Origin: a virus
Lineage: Duplodnaviria; Caudoviricetes
DNA length: 57,908 nt
Reading direction: 5' to 3' (one strand)
Virus record (IMG/VR): IMGVR_UViG_3300023208_000397
Coordinates: 1 to 57,908 of that record
In this document: piece after piece, positions 1 to 8,666 of the stretch
Layout: every line of letters starts with the position of its first letter
Numbering within the stretch: position 1 is the first letter of the stretch
Translations under genes and position numbers: made by a program
Notes under the pieces: generated by a model
Databases searched by the model: none
The model's input: only the letters and a program-made list of their open reading frames with translations
Told to the model about the DNA's origin: nothing

Positions 1-225
1 TCAGCCATGGTGCGGCTCCTTGGCGGCACTTTGGGCCTGCCGCTTCCGGATGGAGTAGGCGAACCCTTCATTGAACAGGTACTGGCCCCGGGTGCCAGGC
101 TTGTAGGGGCAGGGGAAGGTGCCCCAGGTGCGGCCCAGGATGATCCCGACGCGAAGCGGGGAGGACCGGCCGAACTCCGCGCGGGCGGCTTCGTGGGCCT
201 TCTTGAGCAGCTCGCGCTCTCCCAT
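1..225 (-). CDS. Hypothetical phage protein
   Basis: ORF coupled by a TGATG overlap to the upstream gene, with a GGAGG RBS. Confidence 0.55.
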   Translation of the reverse strand: MGERELLKKAHEAARAEFGRSSPLRVGIILGRTWGTFPCPYKPGTRGQYLFNEGFAYSIRKRQAQSAAKEPHHG

Positions 226-728
226 CACGACCCCTCCTTTCCGATGCCGCCCATGTCCAGCAGCGGCGTCGTGTAGCTCAGCATGAGGGGATGCTTGGGG
301 TCGCCGGCATTGGTGAGGCCGAAGTGCTTTACAGGCTTGCCGGAGGAAACCAGCGCGTCCATCAGCACATCAAAAGCAAACTGCAGCTTCGGAGGAACCT
401 TGCTGATGTTGCCCCAGCACGGCACCAGGATGTCGGCCTCGCCGATGATGCCGGTCGTGTGGTCGCCAATGTCATCGCCGAATGGATCATCGACGCTGGC
501 CAGCTCACGCACGTCGGTGGCGCGGTAGGCGAAGACATTGCCAACGATGAACCGCGAGGCGCCCCAGCGTTTGGCAAAGCCGATCCATTTGCGCACAGTG
601 GCATCGTCCAGGTTGGCGTCCGCAGTGCTGGGGTTGATGCCGAAGAAGGCGTAGACCGGTCCCTCCATGGCGACCGAGCGGTCCAGACGGTAGCGGTACT
701 TGCCGCACGGGCTGATGATGGCGCTCAT
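225..728 (-). CDS. DUF1643 family protein
   Basis: SPCGKYRYRL, GINPSTAD, DDATVRK, GNVFAYRATD and PKHPL motifs. Confidence 0.85.
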   Translation of the reverse strand: MSAIISPCGKYRYRLDRSVAMEGPVYAFFGINPSTADANLDDATVRKWIGFAKRWGASRFIVGNVFAYRATDVRELASVDDPFGDDIGDHTTGIIGEADILVPCWGNISKVPPKLQFAFDVLMDALVSSGKPVKHFGLTNAGDPKHPLMLSYTTPLLDMGGIGKEGS

Positions 729-2374
729 CACGCACACTCCTTGCCGATGCCGCCCAGCTTCACGCCCCAGCGGTCGGCCAGGTCGCGCTCGGCGATGCGG
801 ATGATGCGCGCGAACTCGGGAGCGTCCTCGCCGCAGTCGTCTTGCTTGCGCAGCACTTCGATCTGCTCATCCGTCAGCGGCTCGCGCTCCTCGGCCTGCT
901 GGGCGGCCATGGCTTCGGCCTTCGTGAAGACATGGGCGTTTGCGTTCACGTCGCGCGACGGCAGGCAGCCAAGGGCCCGAGCTGTCGCCCAGAAGAGCTC
1001 TCGCCATTGCTGGGCCTCGCGGCCGTAGTCCCAGAATCGCTTCAGCCAGTGACCTTCCGGTGCCGGGTTCTGGTTGCACTGGCCGAGCGCGAGGGCTCCC
1101 ACGATGGCGTCGTCTGTGCGCGCACGAATTCCCTCCGGGTCTGCATCAATGCTGTAGGCCCGCTGCTCTGCCTGGGGTGCTGCCATCTGGGGCTCCTGAG
1201 GCTCCAGGTCAGGGCGCGCTGCCAGCCAGTCCTCGGCCAAATCCATGATCGGCACTTCGCCGCGTTCAGATCGGCCTCCAAGGGTGTCATCCTGCAGGTC
1301 AATCGCATACTGATGAAGATCAGCAAGAATCCGCTGGGCCTCATCCAACAGTGCAGCTAGGTGACCAGCTGCCGCCGCGTGGCCTGCTTCGGATGCTCCA
1401 TCATCATGGTGGGCGGCTCGCACGGTTGGGACCGGTGCATCCGGGAACAGCACCTTCCAGCGCTCGATCATGTGATCAAGGCCGCCAGAGCAGGCCGCCT
1501 GGATGACGTTGCGTAGGCGGTTGATCTCGTCTGCCCGGTGTGCCGCCAGTTTCGCCTCGGCGGTCTTTGCACGCTCTGCCCAGTCGTGGATGGCTTCCTT
1601 ATGCGCGAGGTGAAGCTCGCACCATTGCACTTGAGTACCGCCGTCCCAGCGGCAGTTGCATCCAGTCATCTGGGGCACGGCCTGCTGCGCGAGGGCGGCT
1701 TGCGTGCGCTTGGGCCAACCGGACGGCGGAGTCCAGCCCATGTCGATCAGCTTGGCGCTGATCGCGCTGTCGGGGTTCAGGCTCGGGCCCAGGTCGTAGA
1801 TCGTGACGCCGGGACGAAGGTCGGACTTCAGGCCGACCATAGAGGCATGTGGGTCTGCCGGTGCTGCGGCGAGCATGGCGTCCAGCATGCGCTGAGGCAG
1901 GCCGTCCAGGCCGTGGGCGCGAAGCAGGACTTTGCAGGCGGCGACATGCATCGCCTCGGAGACGACGATCCGGCGAGCGGGCACGGCCTGCTGCGCGAGG
2001 GCGGCTGCCTGGCCAGGCAGGGGCGAGTGCTTGGGCTTGGCGGCCTGCTTGGCCCGGATGGCCTCCACCTTGGTCCAGATGCGCGCCAGCTCCTTCTCGC
2101 CGGCCTCGTGCATGCTGAGGCCCTGGGCCCGGCACAGCGCCGCCAGCGTCACCATCACGCCGCCGGCCTCTTGTTGCACCTCGCCGACCGGGCGACCGAA
2201 CACATAGTCCACCAGCTGATGGGCCTCGCTCTGCGTGCAGCCGCAGGCCTGCACCAGCTCCAGCGCTTCCTCAAGGAATCGGTGGTTGCGCTCGATGGTG
2301 TCGGCCGCGATCTGCTCGCCGAAGCAGGCCAGCAGCCAGGGCTCCACGCGCTGTTGAAAAGTGATGTTGCTCAA
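728..2374 (-). CDS. Mosaic early protein with an N-terminal MazG/NTP-pyrophosphatase-like helical domain
   Basis: ERNHRFLEEALELVQ...QEAGGVMVTLAALC; internal AALAQQAVP repeats link separate modules. Confidence 0.6.
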   Translation of the reverse strand: MSNITFQQRVEPWLLACFGEQIAADTIERNHRFLEEALELVQACGCTQSEAHQLVDYVFGRPVGEVQQEAGGVMVTLAALCRAQGLSMHEAGEKELARIWTKVEAIRAKQAAKPKHSPLPGQAAALAQQAVPARRIVVSEAMHVAACKVLLRAHGLDGLPQRMLDAMLAAAPADPHASMVGLKSDLRPGVTIYDLGPSLNPDSAISAKLIDMGWTPPSGWPKRTQAALAQQAVPQMTGCNCRWDGGTQVQWCELHLAHKEAIHDWAERAKTAEAKLAAHRADEINRLRNVIQAACSGGLDHMIERWKVLFPDAPVPTVRAAHHDDGASEAGHAAAAGHLAALLDEAQRILADLHQYAIDLQDDTLGGRSERGEVPIMDLAEDWLAARPDLEPQEPQMAAPQAEQRAYSIDADPEGIRARTDDAIVGALALGQCNQNPAPEGHWLKRFWDYGREAQQWRELFWATARALGCLPSRDVNANAHVFTKAEAMAAQQAEEREPLTDEQIEVLRKQDDCGEDAPEFARIIRIAERDLADRWGVKLGGIGKECA

Positions 2375-2565
2375 TTCATCTCTCCTGGCTTGATCTCGGG
2401 CCCGCAGAACAGGCGCTGCATGTGCTCCATGGCGGCCTCGGCCTGCCGCTGGGTGGCGAGGCCGTGCAGCTTCAGGTCCACGCCGTAGCTGCCGTCCTCG
2501 AAGCGGACCCAGTTCATGGTGAAGCTAGGCACGGATGCCACAGGAGTTGGAACTGGGGCGTCCAT
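2371..2565 (-). CDS. Small hypothetical protein
   Basis: Overlapping start/stop with both neighbours; GGAGG RBS. Confidence 0.55.
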   Translation of the reverse strand: MDAPVPTPVASVPSFTMNWVRFEDGSYGVDLKLHGLATQRQAEAAMEHMQRLFCGPEIKPGEMN

Positions 2566-2780
2566 CACCGCCGCCCTCCAGCCGGGCTGTGCTGCGGCAT
2601 GTCGCGCCGGCCCAGCTCCTCGTTGATGCGGTCCTTGGTGGCCTCCTTGCCCTCCAGCTTCTTGCAGTAGGGGCGGCGGCTGCAGTCGTCGGATTCGGCC
2701 GCCGGCTTGCTCTCCTGCTGCAGGCTGGCCGCGCAGGCGCCCAGCAGGGCGATGACCAGGATGAAGGCGAAGAGTTTCAT
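2565..2780 (-). CDS. Small membrane protein or lipoprotein
   Basis: MKLFAFILVIALLGAC: hydrophobic signal with a lipobox-like LGAC. Confidence 0.6.
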   Translation of the reverse strand: MKLFAFILVIALLGACAASLQQESKPAAESDDCSRRPYCKKLEGKEATKDRINEELGRRDMPQHSPAGGRR

Positions 2781-3364
2781 GTGGTGCTCTCGATTCGCTT
2801 GAAGGTGATGGCCCAGACCCAGGGGTTCGCGCCCCAGGACTCGGCGCCGTTGATGGACTCCCAGAGCTTGCGGAACGAGTCGGCCGCGCTGTCGGAGCAG
2901 CAGTGCCCCAGACCGGACACGTGGAAGGTGCCGCCCTCGCCGGGGTCGTATTCCACGCCTTCGGCCCGGGCATCGGCCTCGCTGATCGCCTGCAGCCGCT
3001 CCACGCGCACGCTGGTGATCTCCAGGGTGATGCGGCTGGCCCAGCGTGGCATGTGGATGGACGGCCGCCAGACCGGCGACAGCCACGCGTCCGGCCCGTC
3101 GTTGGTGGCGGCGTAGACGACGCGCGGATTCTTTGAGTCAGCGCCGCCGACGATGAGATGCGCTTCCCTCACCCACAGCCGGTCGCCGGGCTGGCCGTAG
3201 GGGCACGGGATGCGCGGGCCGGCGCTGTCGAGTTGCGCTAGGGCCTCGCCGGTGTGCTCGTGGACGATGTGCACACCCTTGGCGACCCGGCGCGTCTGCG
3301 TCTTCGTCCCGGCCAGGATGGCGCGCACCATCGGAGCGCTGAAGAGGATGGGGCGGTCTTTCAT
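2777..3364 (-). CDS. Conserved phage protein (ASCH/PUA-like)
   Basis: PILFSAPMVRAIL..TKTQTRR, CPYGQPGDRLWVRE, WRPSIHMPRWASRITLEI and NPWVW motifs. Confidence 0.8.
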   Translation of the reverse strand: MKDRPILFSAPMVRAILAGTKTQTRRVAKGVHIVHEHTGEALAQLDSAGPRIPCPYGQPGDRLWVREAHLIVGGADSKNPRVVYAATNDGPDAWLSPVWRPSIHMPRWASRITLEITSVRVERLQAISEADARAEGVEYDPGEGGTFHVSGLGHCCSDSAADSFRKLWESINGAESWGANPWVWAITFKRIESTT

Positions 3365-3960
3365 GCGGACTCCCCGAGAAGGGCTGTGCGTGCTGCCTTC
3401 ATGGCCTCGCAGCTTGGTTTTAGGACGCGCACGATGCGCGCTTTCTCGCATTCGAAGGACAGGCCAGGCGCGTTGCAGTCCGGGTCAGGTGTGACCTGGC
3501 CGACCGGCTCGCACTCGTAGACGACGCCATCCGGATGGCCCGCGGCGAAAACCAACGCCGCGGCCTGCACGGTTGTGACATAGACCCTGTCGCGTCGGTG
3601 CACACCTGCGGCGCCGAAGTCCGAACAGCTCGGCGCCTTGGTGATGTTGGGCGGCAGAAGGAAGGTGCCCGGCTTCAGGCCCGGGCGGCCGCCGTGCCAG
3701 TAGGTGACCGGCGACGGCTCCACCAGTTCCACCGCTGCCGCCAGCAGCTGCACCGCATCCATGCCCTGCAGCTCACCGGCCCGGATGATGTCCTGCGCCG
3801 CCTGCAGCTCGTTCTGGTTGCGCTTGGCGGCCACGCTCTTGATGACGGCCCCCAGCTCGGCCATGCGGGGCGCGAACTTGTCGCCCAGGATCCGGCGCAT
3901 CGCGTCCCGGGCCTCGTAGAGCTTGGCCGCCATGGAAACCTGCTTCTGGGTGACGCTCAT
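3361..3960 (-). CDS. Arr-like (rifampin ADP-ribosyltransferase family) domain fused to an N-terminal helical domain
   Basis: YWHGG..LKPG..LLP, VYVT and VYECEP.G.V.PDPD match the Arr motif order. Confidence 0.65.
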   Translation of the reverse strand: MSVTQKQVSMAAKLYEARDAMRRILGDKFAPRMAELGAVIKSVAAKRNQNELQAAQDIIRAGELQGMDAVQLLAAAVELVEPSPVTYWHGGRPGLKPGTFLLPPNITKAPSCSDFGAAGVHRRDRVYVTTVQAAALVFAAGHPDGVVYECEPVGQVTPDPDCNAPGLSFECEKARIVRVLKPSCEAMKAARTALLGESA

Positions 3961-4478
3961 GCCGCACCTTCCTGCACCTTGGCCAACTCCTCGGTCCAGG
4001 TGCTCCCGTTCTCCAGGGCTGTGGCCAAAGCCCAGCGCGCGGGCGCGGCCAGGTCTTTCCACAGGCAGCACTCCACCGCCTCGTGCGGCGAGGTGCTGGC
4101 TTTGCCACAGACCGGGCAGACGTGGCTGGGCACCGAGGCGGGCCCGCTCACGCGGCCGGCCTTGCCGGCGGTGATGGCCATGGCAAGCTCGCCGGCCGAG
4201 CTGTACTCCTTGCCGGTGGCGTCATCTACCCAGATCCTGTCGATGTCGCGCGGGCAGCATTGCTCGGCGTCTTCCTCGCTGGTGTGGGTCTTTTCGCAGG
4301 ACGGGCACACATAGCGGCAGGCGCTGCGGGCCCAGCGCCGGCATGCGGATTCCCACTTGTGATACGGCATGCCCTCCTCGCGCTTCGGCGGCAGGCCAAG
4401 CTCTCCGCCCTCCGGGCAGGCGTACTCGGTGTGGTGTTCGGCCGTGGCGCGGATGCTGGCCAAGGTGGCGGGGTTCAC
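3957..4478 (-). CDS. Cys-rich zinc-binding hypothetical protein
   Basis: Two CPxC...CC modules. Confidence 0.65.
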   Translation of the reverse strand: MNPATLASIRATAEHHTEYACPEGGELGLPPKREEGMPYHKWESACRRWARSACRYVCPSCEKTHTSEEDAEQCCPRDIDRIWVDDATGKEYSSAGELAMAITAGKAGRVSGPASVPSHVCPVCGKASTSPHEAVECCLWKDLAAPARWALATALENGSTWTEELAKVQEGAA

Positions 4479-5428
4479 GCTTGAGCCCCTTCGAGCGCCT
4501 CGGCAGTAGCCTGGACAGCGGCCTGGCTGCCCAGGAAGTCGTGCTCGCCGCCCAGGGCTTCGATCAGGGCCGGGATCATCGCCGACAGCTCTCCCGCGGC
4601 GATGGTGGCGTCGGCGTCGAATGCATCCGCCGTCTCCGGCTTGTCGCGCCCCTCGAAGACCAAGTCCAGGAAGCTGATCTTCTTGATCTGCAGGGTGTCG
4701 GTGAGCACGAACGACACCCGGTCCTTGTAGGACAGCGCCAGCCTCGTCGGGCGCTTGCCGGCCTGCAGGTGCTGGCGCACCTCGTCAATGTCCAGGGCGT
4801 GGCGGCCGTAGCGCACCGTGCTGCGCATCTCGTCCTCGCTCTTCAGCTCGGCGTCGCGGTCGATGGTGAAGCCCTCAGGAGCATCGCCGTCCAGCAGCCA
4901 GGCCGCCATGCAGGTGGCGGGGGCCTCGGCGCTCTGCACCAGGTGCAGGGTCAGGCCGTCCAGGGTCTTGACCAGCAGGCTCACGACTTCCTCGCAGCGC
5001 GCCGGGCTTGAGGCATCGATCATCAGCAGGTGCTGCTCGGGCGCGATCCAGACGCGGATGCTGCTGCGCTTCTTGAAGCACAGGGGCAGCAGTTCCTGTG
5101 TGGCTTGCTCCTTCAGGTCCTTGAGCGCCTTCTTGCCGGGCTTGCGGCCGGTCTGCTCCTCGATCTTGGCGGCGATCTCGTCCACCCGTTCCTTGACCAC
5201 CGAGCCGGGCAGCACGCGGGACTCGATGAGCAGCTGCAGGTGGAGATTCCCGTCGATGGATTCGACCAGTGCGCCGTGCTCGATGCCGCGCGCCGGCACC
5301 CATCCCAGGGACAGGGGCTCGGTGGCGCCGCAGGGCTGGAACTGGCCCTTGGCCAGGGCCTCCTCGATGTCTTCGAGGCTGGGCCGCCAGCCGGCGCCCA
5401 GGCGGTAGATCGTCAGGTTCTTGAACAT
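4475..5428 (-). CDS. rdgC: Recombination-associated protein RdgC
   Basis: MFKNLTIYRL, SLGWVP, FTIDRDAELK, FVLTDTLQIKKI and FDAD motifs. Confidence 0.92.
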   Translation of the reverse strand: MFKNLTIYRLGAGWRPSLEDIEEALAKGQFQPCGATEPLSLGWVPARGIEHGALVESIDGNLHLQLLIESRVLPGSVVKERVDEIAAKIEEQTGRKPGKKALKDLKEQATQELLPLCFKKRSSIRVWIAPEQHLLMIDASSPARCEEVVSLLVKTLDGLTLHLVQSAEAPATCMAAWLLDGDAPEGFTIDRDAELKSEDEMRSTVRYGRHALDIDEVRQHLQAGKRPTRLALSYKDRVSFVLTDTLQIKKISFLDLVFEGRDKPETADAFDADATIAAGELSAMIPALIEALGGEHDFLGSQAAVQATAEALEGAQA

Positions 5429-5630
5429 GGGTGGCTCCAGGTCAGACGTCGAGCGGTCCGATGGGGATGCGCTTGTCCTCTTCAGGGTGCGCGTCATCGG
5501 GCGGGGTGATCGGCTTGTTCGGGTCGGTCATGGTCGGCGTAGGAAAGTGGGCGTCCCCTGGGGGAGCACGCTAGGCAAGACTTAGGGAGGAGGCGATGCG
5601 GCCCAGCGTGGCGCGCCCGAAACTGGGTGG

Positions 5631-6281
5631 TCAGGCGGGAACGAAGCGGGCGTCCGCGCCGGGGTCGAAGTACTCGGCGTCGACGACATTGCCGGCATCG
5701 GCATGCGGATGGATGCCGCGGTAGATGCGGCGGCAGGCCTCGGTGTCGGCCATGGCGCGATGTGCGCCGACAAGCACCAGGCCAGTGAAGTGCTTGTAGG
5801 CCTCGGCCAGCGTCGGCATCTTGTAGCCGCGGCCGCTCGCCTTCGGGATCTGGACCAGGTCGGTGGCGTTGCGGGCCGTGCAATAGGCCGGGGCCGCCTT
5901 CCATTCGTCGGCCAGCTGGTCATCCTGCAGCAGACGCTTGATCGCGATCCGGATGATCCGGGCGTCGAAGCTCTCGTTGTGGGCCACGCGCTCGCCGGCG
6001 GCGCGCCACAGGCCCAGCAGAGCCTCGAGTGCCACGCGCTCCGGGATGCCCACGAGCATGGCGTGCTCCGTGGTGATACCGTGCAGTGCAGCCACGTCCT
6101 CGGGGATCACCCAGCCGTCGGGCTTGACGATCACGTCCAGGCTGGAGATGGTGCGGTCCTGGTCGACGTCCACCAGCTGGGCGCCCAGCTGCACGATGTG
6201 GGGTTGGCGCGGGTCGCCGCTGGGCTCGCTGTAGAGGGGCAGGCCGGTGGTTTCGGTGTCGAAGAAGAGCTTGATGTTCAT
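5631..6281 (-). CDS. DnaQ-like DEDDh 3'-5' exonuclease
   Basis: FDTETTG, AHNESFD and AHRAMAD (Exo I-III). Confidence 0.9.
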   Translation of the reverse strand: MNIKLFFDTETTGLPLYSEPSGDPRQPHIVQLGAQLVDVDQDRTISSLDVIVKPDGWVIPEDVAALHGITTEHAMLVGIPERVALEALLGLWRAAGERVAHNESFDARIIRIAIKRLLQDDQLADEWKAAPAYCTARNATDLVQIPKASGRGYKMPTLAEAYKHFTGLVLVGAHRAMADTEACRRIYRGIHPHADAGNVVDAEYFDPGADARFVPA

Positions 6282-6419
6282 GGTGTGGTCCAGAGTGAGA
6301 GGTTTGGAGGGGCGCCTGCCGGGTTCTGCCCGGCATGGCCGCTGGCCGCCGCTGTCGCTACCGTTACGCGCGGCCCCGGGGCCGCGTGCCGCATAGGCGC
6401 CGGGCGCCCCGTTGATGGG

Positions 6420-8219
6420 TCAGGCCGCGGCCTTGAGCTGCTGCACGACACCGCCCTGCAGCCAGTGGCCGCTCACGGTCGGGCGCAGGTCGGCCGGGAT
6501 GCTCTTGAGGGTGCCGAAGAGCAGAGCGCTCCCGATCTCACCCTCGGCGGCCAGGATGTCCAGCCAGGCGAAGAGGTCCTCGCGCCCCTTGAGGTCCAGG
6601 ACGTCGATGCGATCCAGCAGGAGCACCTTCAGGCCCGAGAGGTAGCTGATGGCCTCGGCCAGCATGGCGTCGGCGCGCCACTTCTCGGACTCGCTGAGCA
6701 GCCGGTAGGGGCGGCCGTCGGTGGTGGTGACCGCCATATCGGCGTCCAGCTTGACCACCGGCCACTCGGCATCACGGGCGGACTGCTCCAGTCGCTGGTT
6801 GAACGGCGTCAGCGCCTCGGACAGCAGCTCGCCGGGGATGCCGTCCGGGGCCAGGGCCTGGGCGATCAGGTCCCAGGCCACGACGTCCGCGTGATGGCCG
6901 GCCGCGGCCTCGGTCTTCTGCTGTGCCACCTCGGCCGCAGCCTTCTGGATGCGCAGCGTCTCCAGCTTCTTGAGCAGCTCCCCGCGCGCCGCCTTCAACT
7001 TGTCCGACTCGGCGCGGGCGCTGGCCAGTGCCGCGCCGTCGAACTCGGCCTTCAGCTGCTCGCTGATCTCCGCGGCTTCGTCCCGGGCCCGCAGGGCCGC
7101 CGCGAGGTCGCGCTGGCTGTTCGCGACCGCGGTGTCCATCAGGTCGCGGCTGGCGCGCACCTCGGGCAGCCGGGCGGCGGCGGCCGGATCGCCGACGGCG
7201 CCGATGCGGCCGTGCTCGCGCTCGTAGGCGTTCAGCGCGGCCTCGGCGTCACATTCCTGCGCCGGCGGTTCCTGGCTCACCGGAGTCTGGGCCAGCGGCA
7301 GCAGGTAGGCGACGGCCGCGGCCAGGTCATGGATGAGGCCATCGCGCTGGCTCTGGCCGGCTGCAGCCGTGACCTCAGCCAGCTGCCGCTCGGCTTCCGC
7401 GAGGTTCTTGCGGTCCGCCGCCAGCTTCTTCTCGATGCGGTCGACCTTGCCGGCCAGCTCGACCAGGGCCGGCAGCTTGCCCGCGATCTCGGCGCGGCGC
7501 TGCTCCTGGGCGGCCAGCCGGCCGATGGTCTGCTGCCACTGCTCCTGGGCGTGCTCCAGGTGCTGCAGCTCGGTGCTGAGCGTCTTGAAGGCCTCGGCAT
7601 CGTAGGCGGGCACCGGGGCCGCCCAGGTCTTGGCCTTCTCGCTGCCGTAGGCCTCGCCCGTGACTTGGCGCCAGGCGCCCTTGGCCTCGGTGGCCTTGCG
7701 CTTGGCCTCGTCGCAGGCAGCATCGAAGCCGGCTTTCAGCAGGGGGCCCACGCGCAGGGCCTTCTTCTCGTCGACGCCGCGCTTAGCCAGCCGCTCGATC
7801 ACCTCCTCGGCCTTGATGCCGATGCCCAGGAGCCCGAAGAGAAAGCTGCGGCGGCCGTTGCCGTCCAGAGCGGCAAAGCGGTGCGGCTCCAGCACGTAGG
7901 GCAGGGCCCGGTGCGGGACATAGACATCCTGGGCCGGGGTCTTGCCAGACGGCACCAGGGCGTAGGGCGTCAGGCCCCCCTCCAGCTCCACCTCGACGGC
8001 GCCGTTCTTGGCCCCCTCGTGGACCAGGGCGGCCAGGTCCTTCTTCAGGGTCACGCCCCGGGCGGCCACGTCGCCGCAGAGGGCCATGCGCACGGCCTCG
8101 GCGAGGCTGCTCTTGCCGTTGCCGTTGGGGCCGGCGAACAGGGTGATCGGGGTGTTGAGCGCCACCGAGGCGGCGCGGATGCCCAGCACGTTCTGGGCGT
8201 CGATGTGCGTGATCTTCAT
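6420..8219 (-). CDS. SMC/Rad50-like ATPase with a coiled coil
   Basis: Walker A GPNGNGKSS, long coiled coil, LSESE signature, LLLD Walker B. Confidence 0.85.
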   Translation of the reverse strand: MKITHIDAQNVLGIRAASVALNTPITLFAGPNGNGKSSLAEAVRMALCGDVAARGVTLKKDLAALVHEGAKNGAVEVELEGGLTPYALVPSGKTPAQDVYVPHRALPYVLEPHRFAALDGNGRRSFLFGLLGIGIKAEEVIERLAKRGVDEKKALRVGPLLKAGFDAACDEAKRKATEAKGAWRQVTGEAYGSEKAKTWAAPVPAYDAEAFKTLSTELQHLEHAQEQWQQTIGRLAAQEQRRAEIAGKLPALVELAGKVDRIEKKLAADRKNLAEAERQLAEVTAAAGQSQRDGLIHDLAAAVAYLLPLAQTPVSQEPPAQECDAEAALNAYEREHGRIGAVGDPAAAARLPEVRASRDLMDTAVANSQRDLAAALRARDEAAEISEQLKAEFDGAALASARAESDKLKAARGELLKKLETLRIQKAAAEVAQQKTEAAAGHHADVVAWDLIAQALAPDGIPGELLSEALTPFNQRLEQSARDAEWPVVKLDADMAVTTTDGRPYRLLSESEKWRADAMLAEAISYLSGLKVLLLDRIDVLDLKGREDLFAWLDILAAEGEIGSALLFGTLKSIPADLRPTVSGHWLQGGVVQQLKAAA

Positions 8220-8252
8220 GGCCTTCCTTTGCCTGGGGATGGTGGCGGGCGA

Positions 8253-8558
8253 TCAGCCGCGGTGCGCGCGGCGGTTCTTAGCCTGGTTGAAACGCTTGCG
8301 CGCCATGCGTCGGTCGTGGGCCACGCTCCAGCCCTTAGCCGGGTAGCGGCTGCGTGTGGCCGAGTAGCCGCCATAGATGGCGCGCTCGATTGCGCTGCGC
8401 GATTCGACCTTGGCGGGCGATGAACCCTTGTCAGCCTGCTGGCCGTTGCCACTTTTGGCGATGTGGGTCGAACCGGTGCTGGCGCCGAAGCCGGCAGAGA
8501 GGCCGGAGAAGGCCAGGGCCGCGGCTGCGGCGCTTAGAAAGACTGAACGTCCGCGCAT
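8253..8558 (-). CDS. Small basic hypothetical protein
   Basis: AGGAG RBS; hydrophobic N-terminus and Arg-rich C-terminus. Confidence 0.55.
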   Translation of the reverse strand: MRGRSVFLSAAAAALAFSGLSAGFGASTGSTHIAKSGNGQQADKGSSPAKVESRSAIERAIYGGYSATRSRYPAKGWSVAHDRRMARKRFNQAKNRRAHRG

Positions 8559-8666
8559 GTGCGCTCCTAGTGGTGGGGTTGGTGGTGGGCGGCGCACTTC
8601 GTCGGTGCTGCCAACGCCGGGCCGAAACCGGCGCCCGTTACGCGCTACGGCGCGCCGCCCGTTGAC

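Noticed and set aside
5703-8423. 906-aa plus-strand ORF and other long antisense ORFs (e.g. 17108-19528, 40251-42470, 33175-34692)
   Set aside because: These are shadows of GC-rich genes on the opposite strand, where the recognisable motifs lie.
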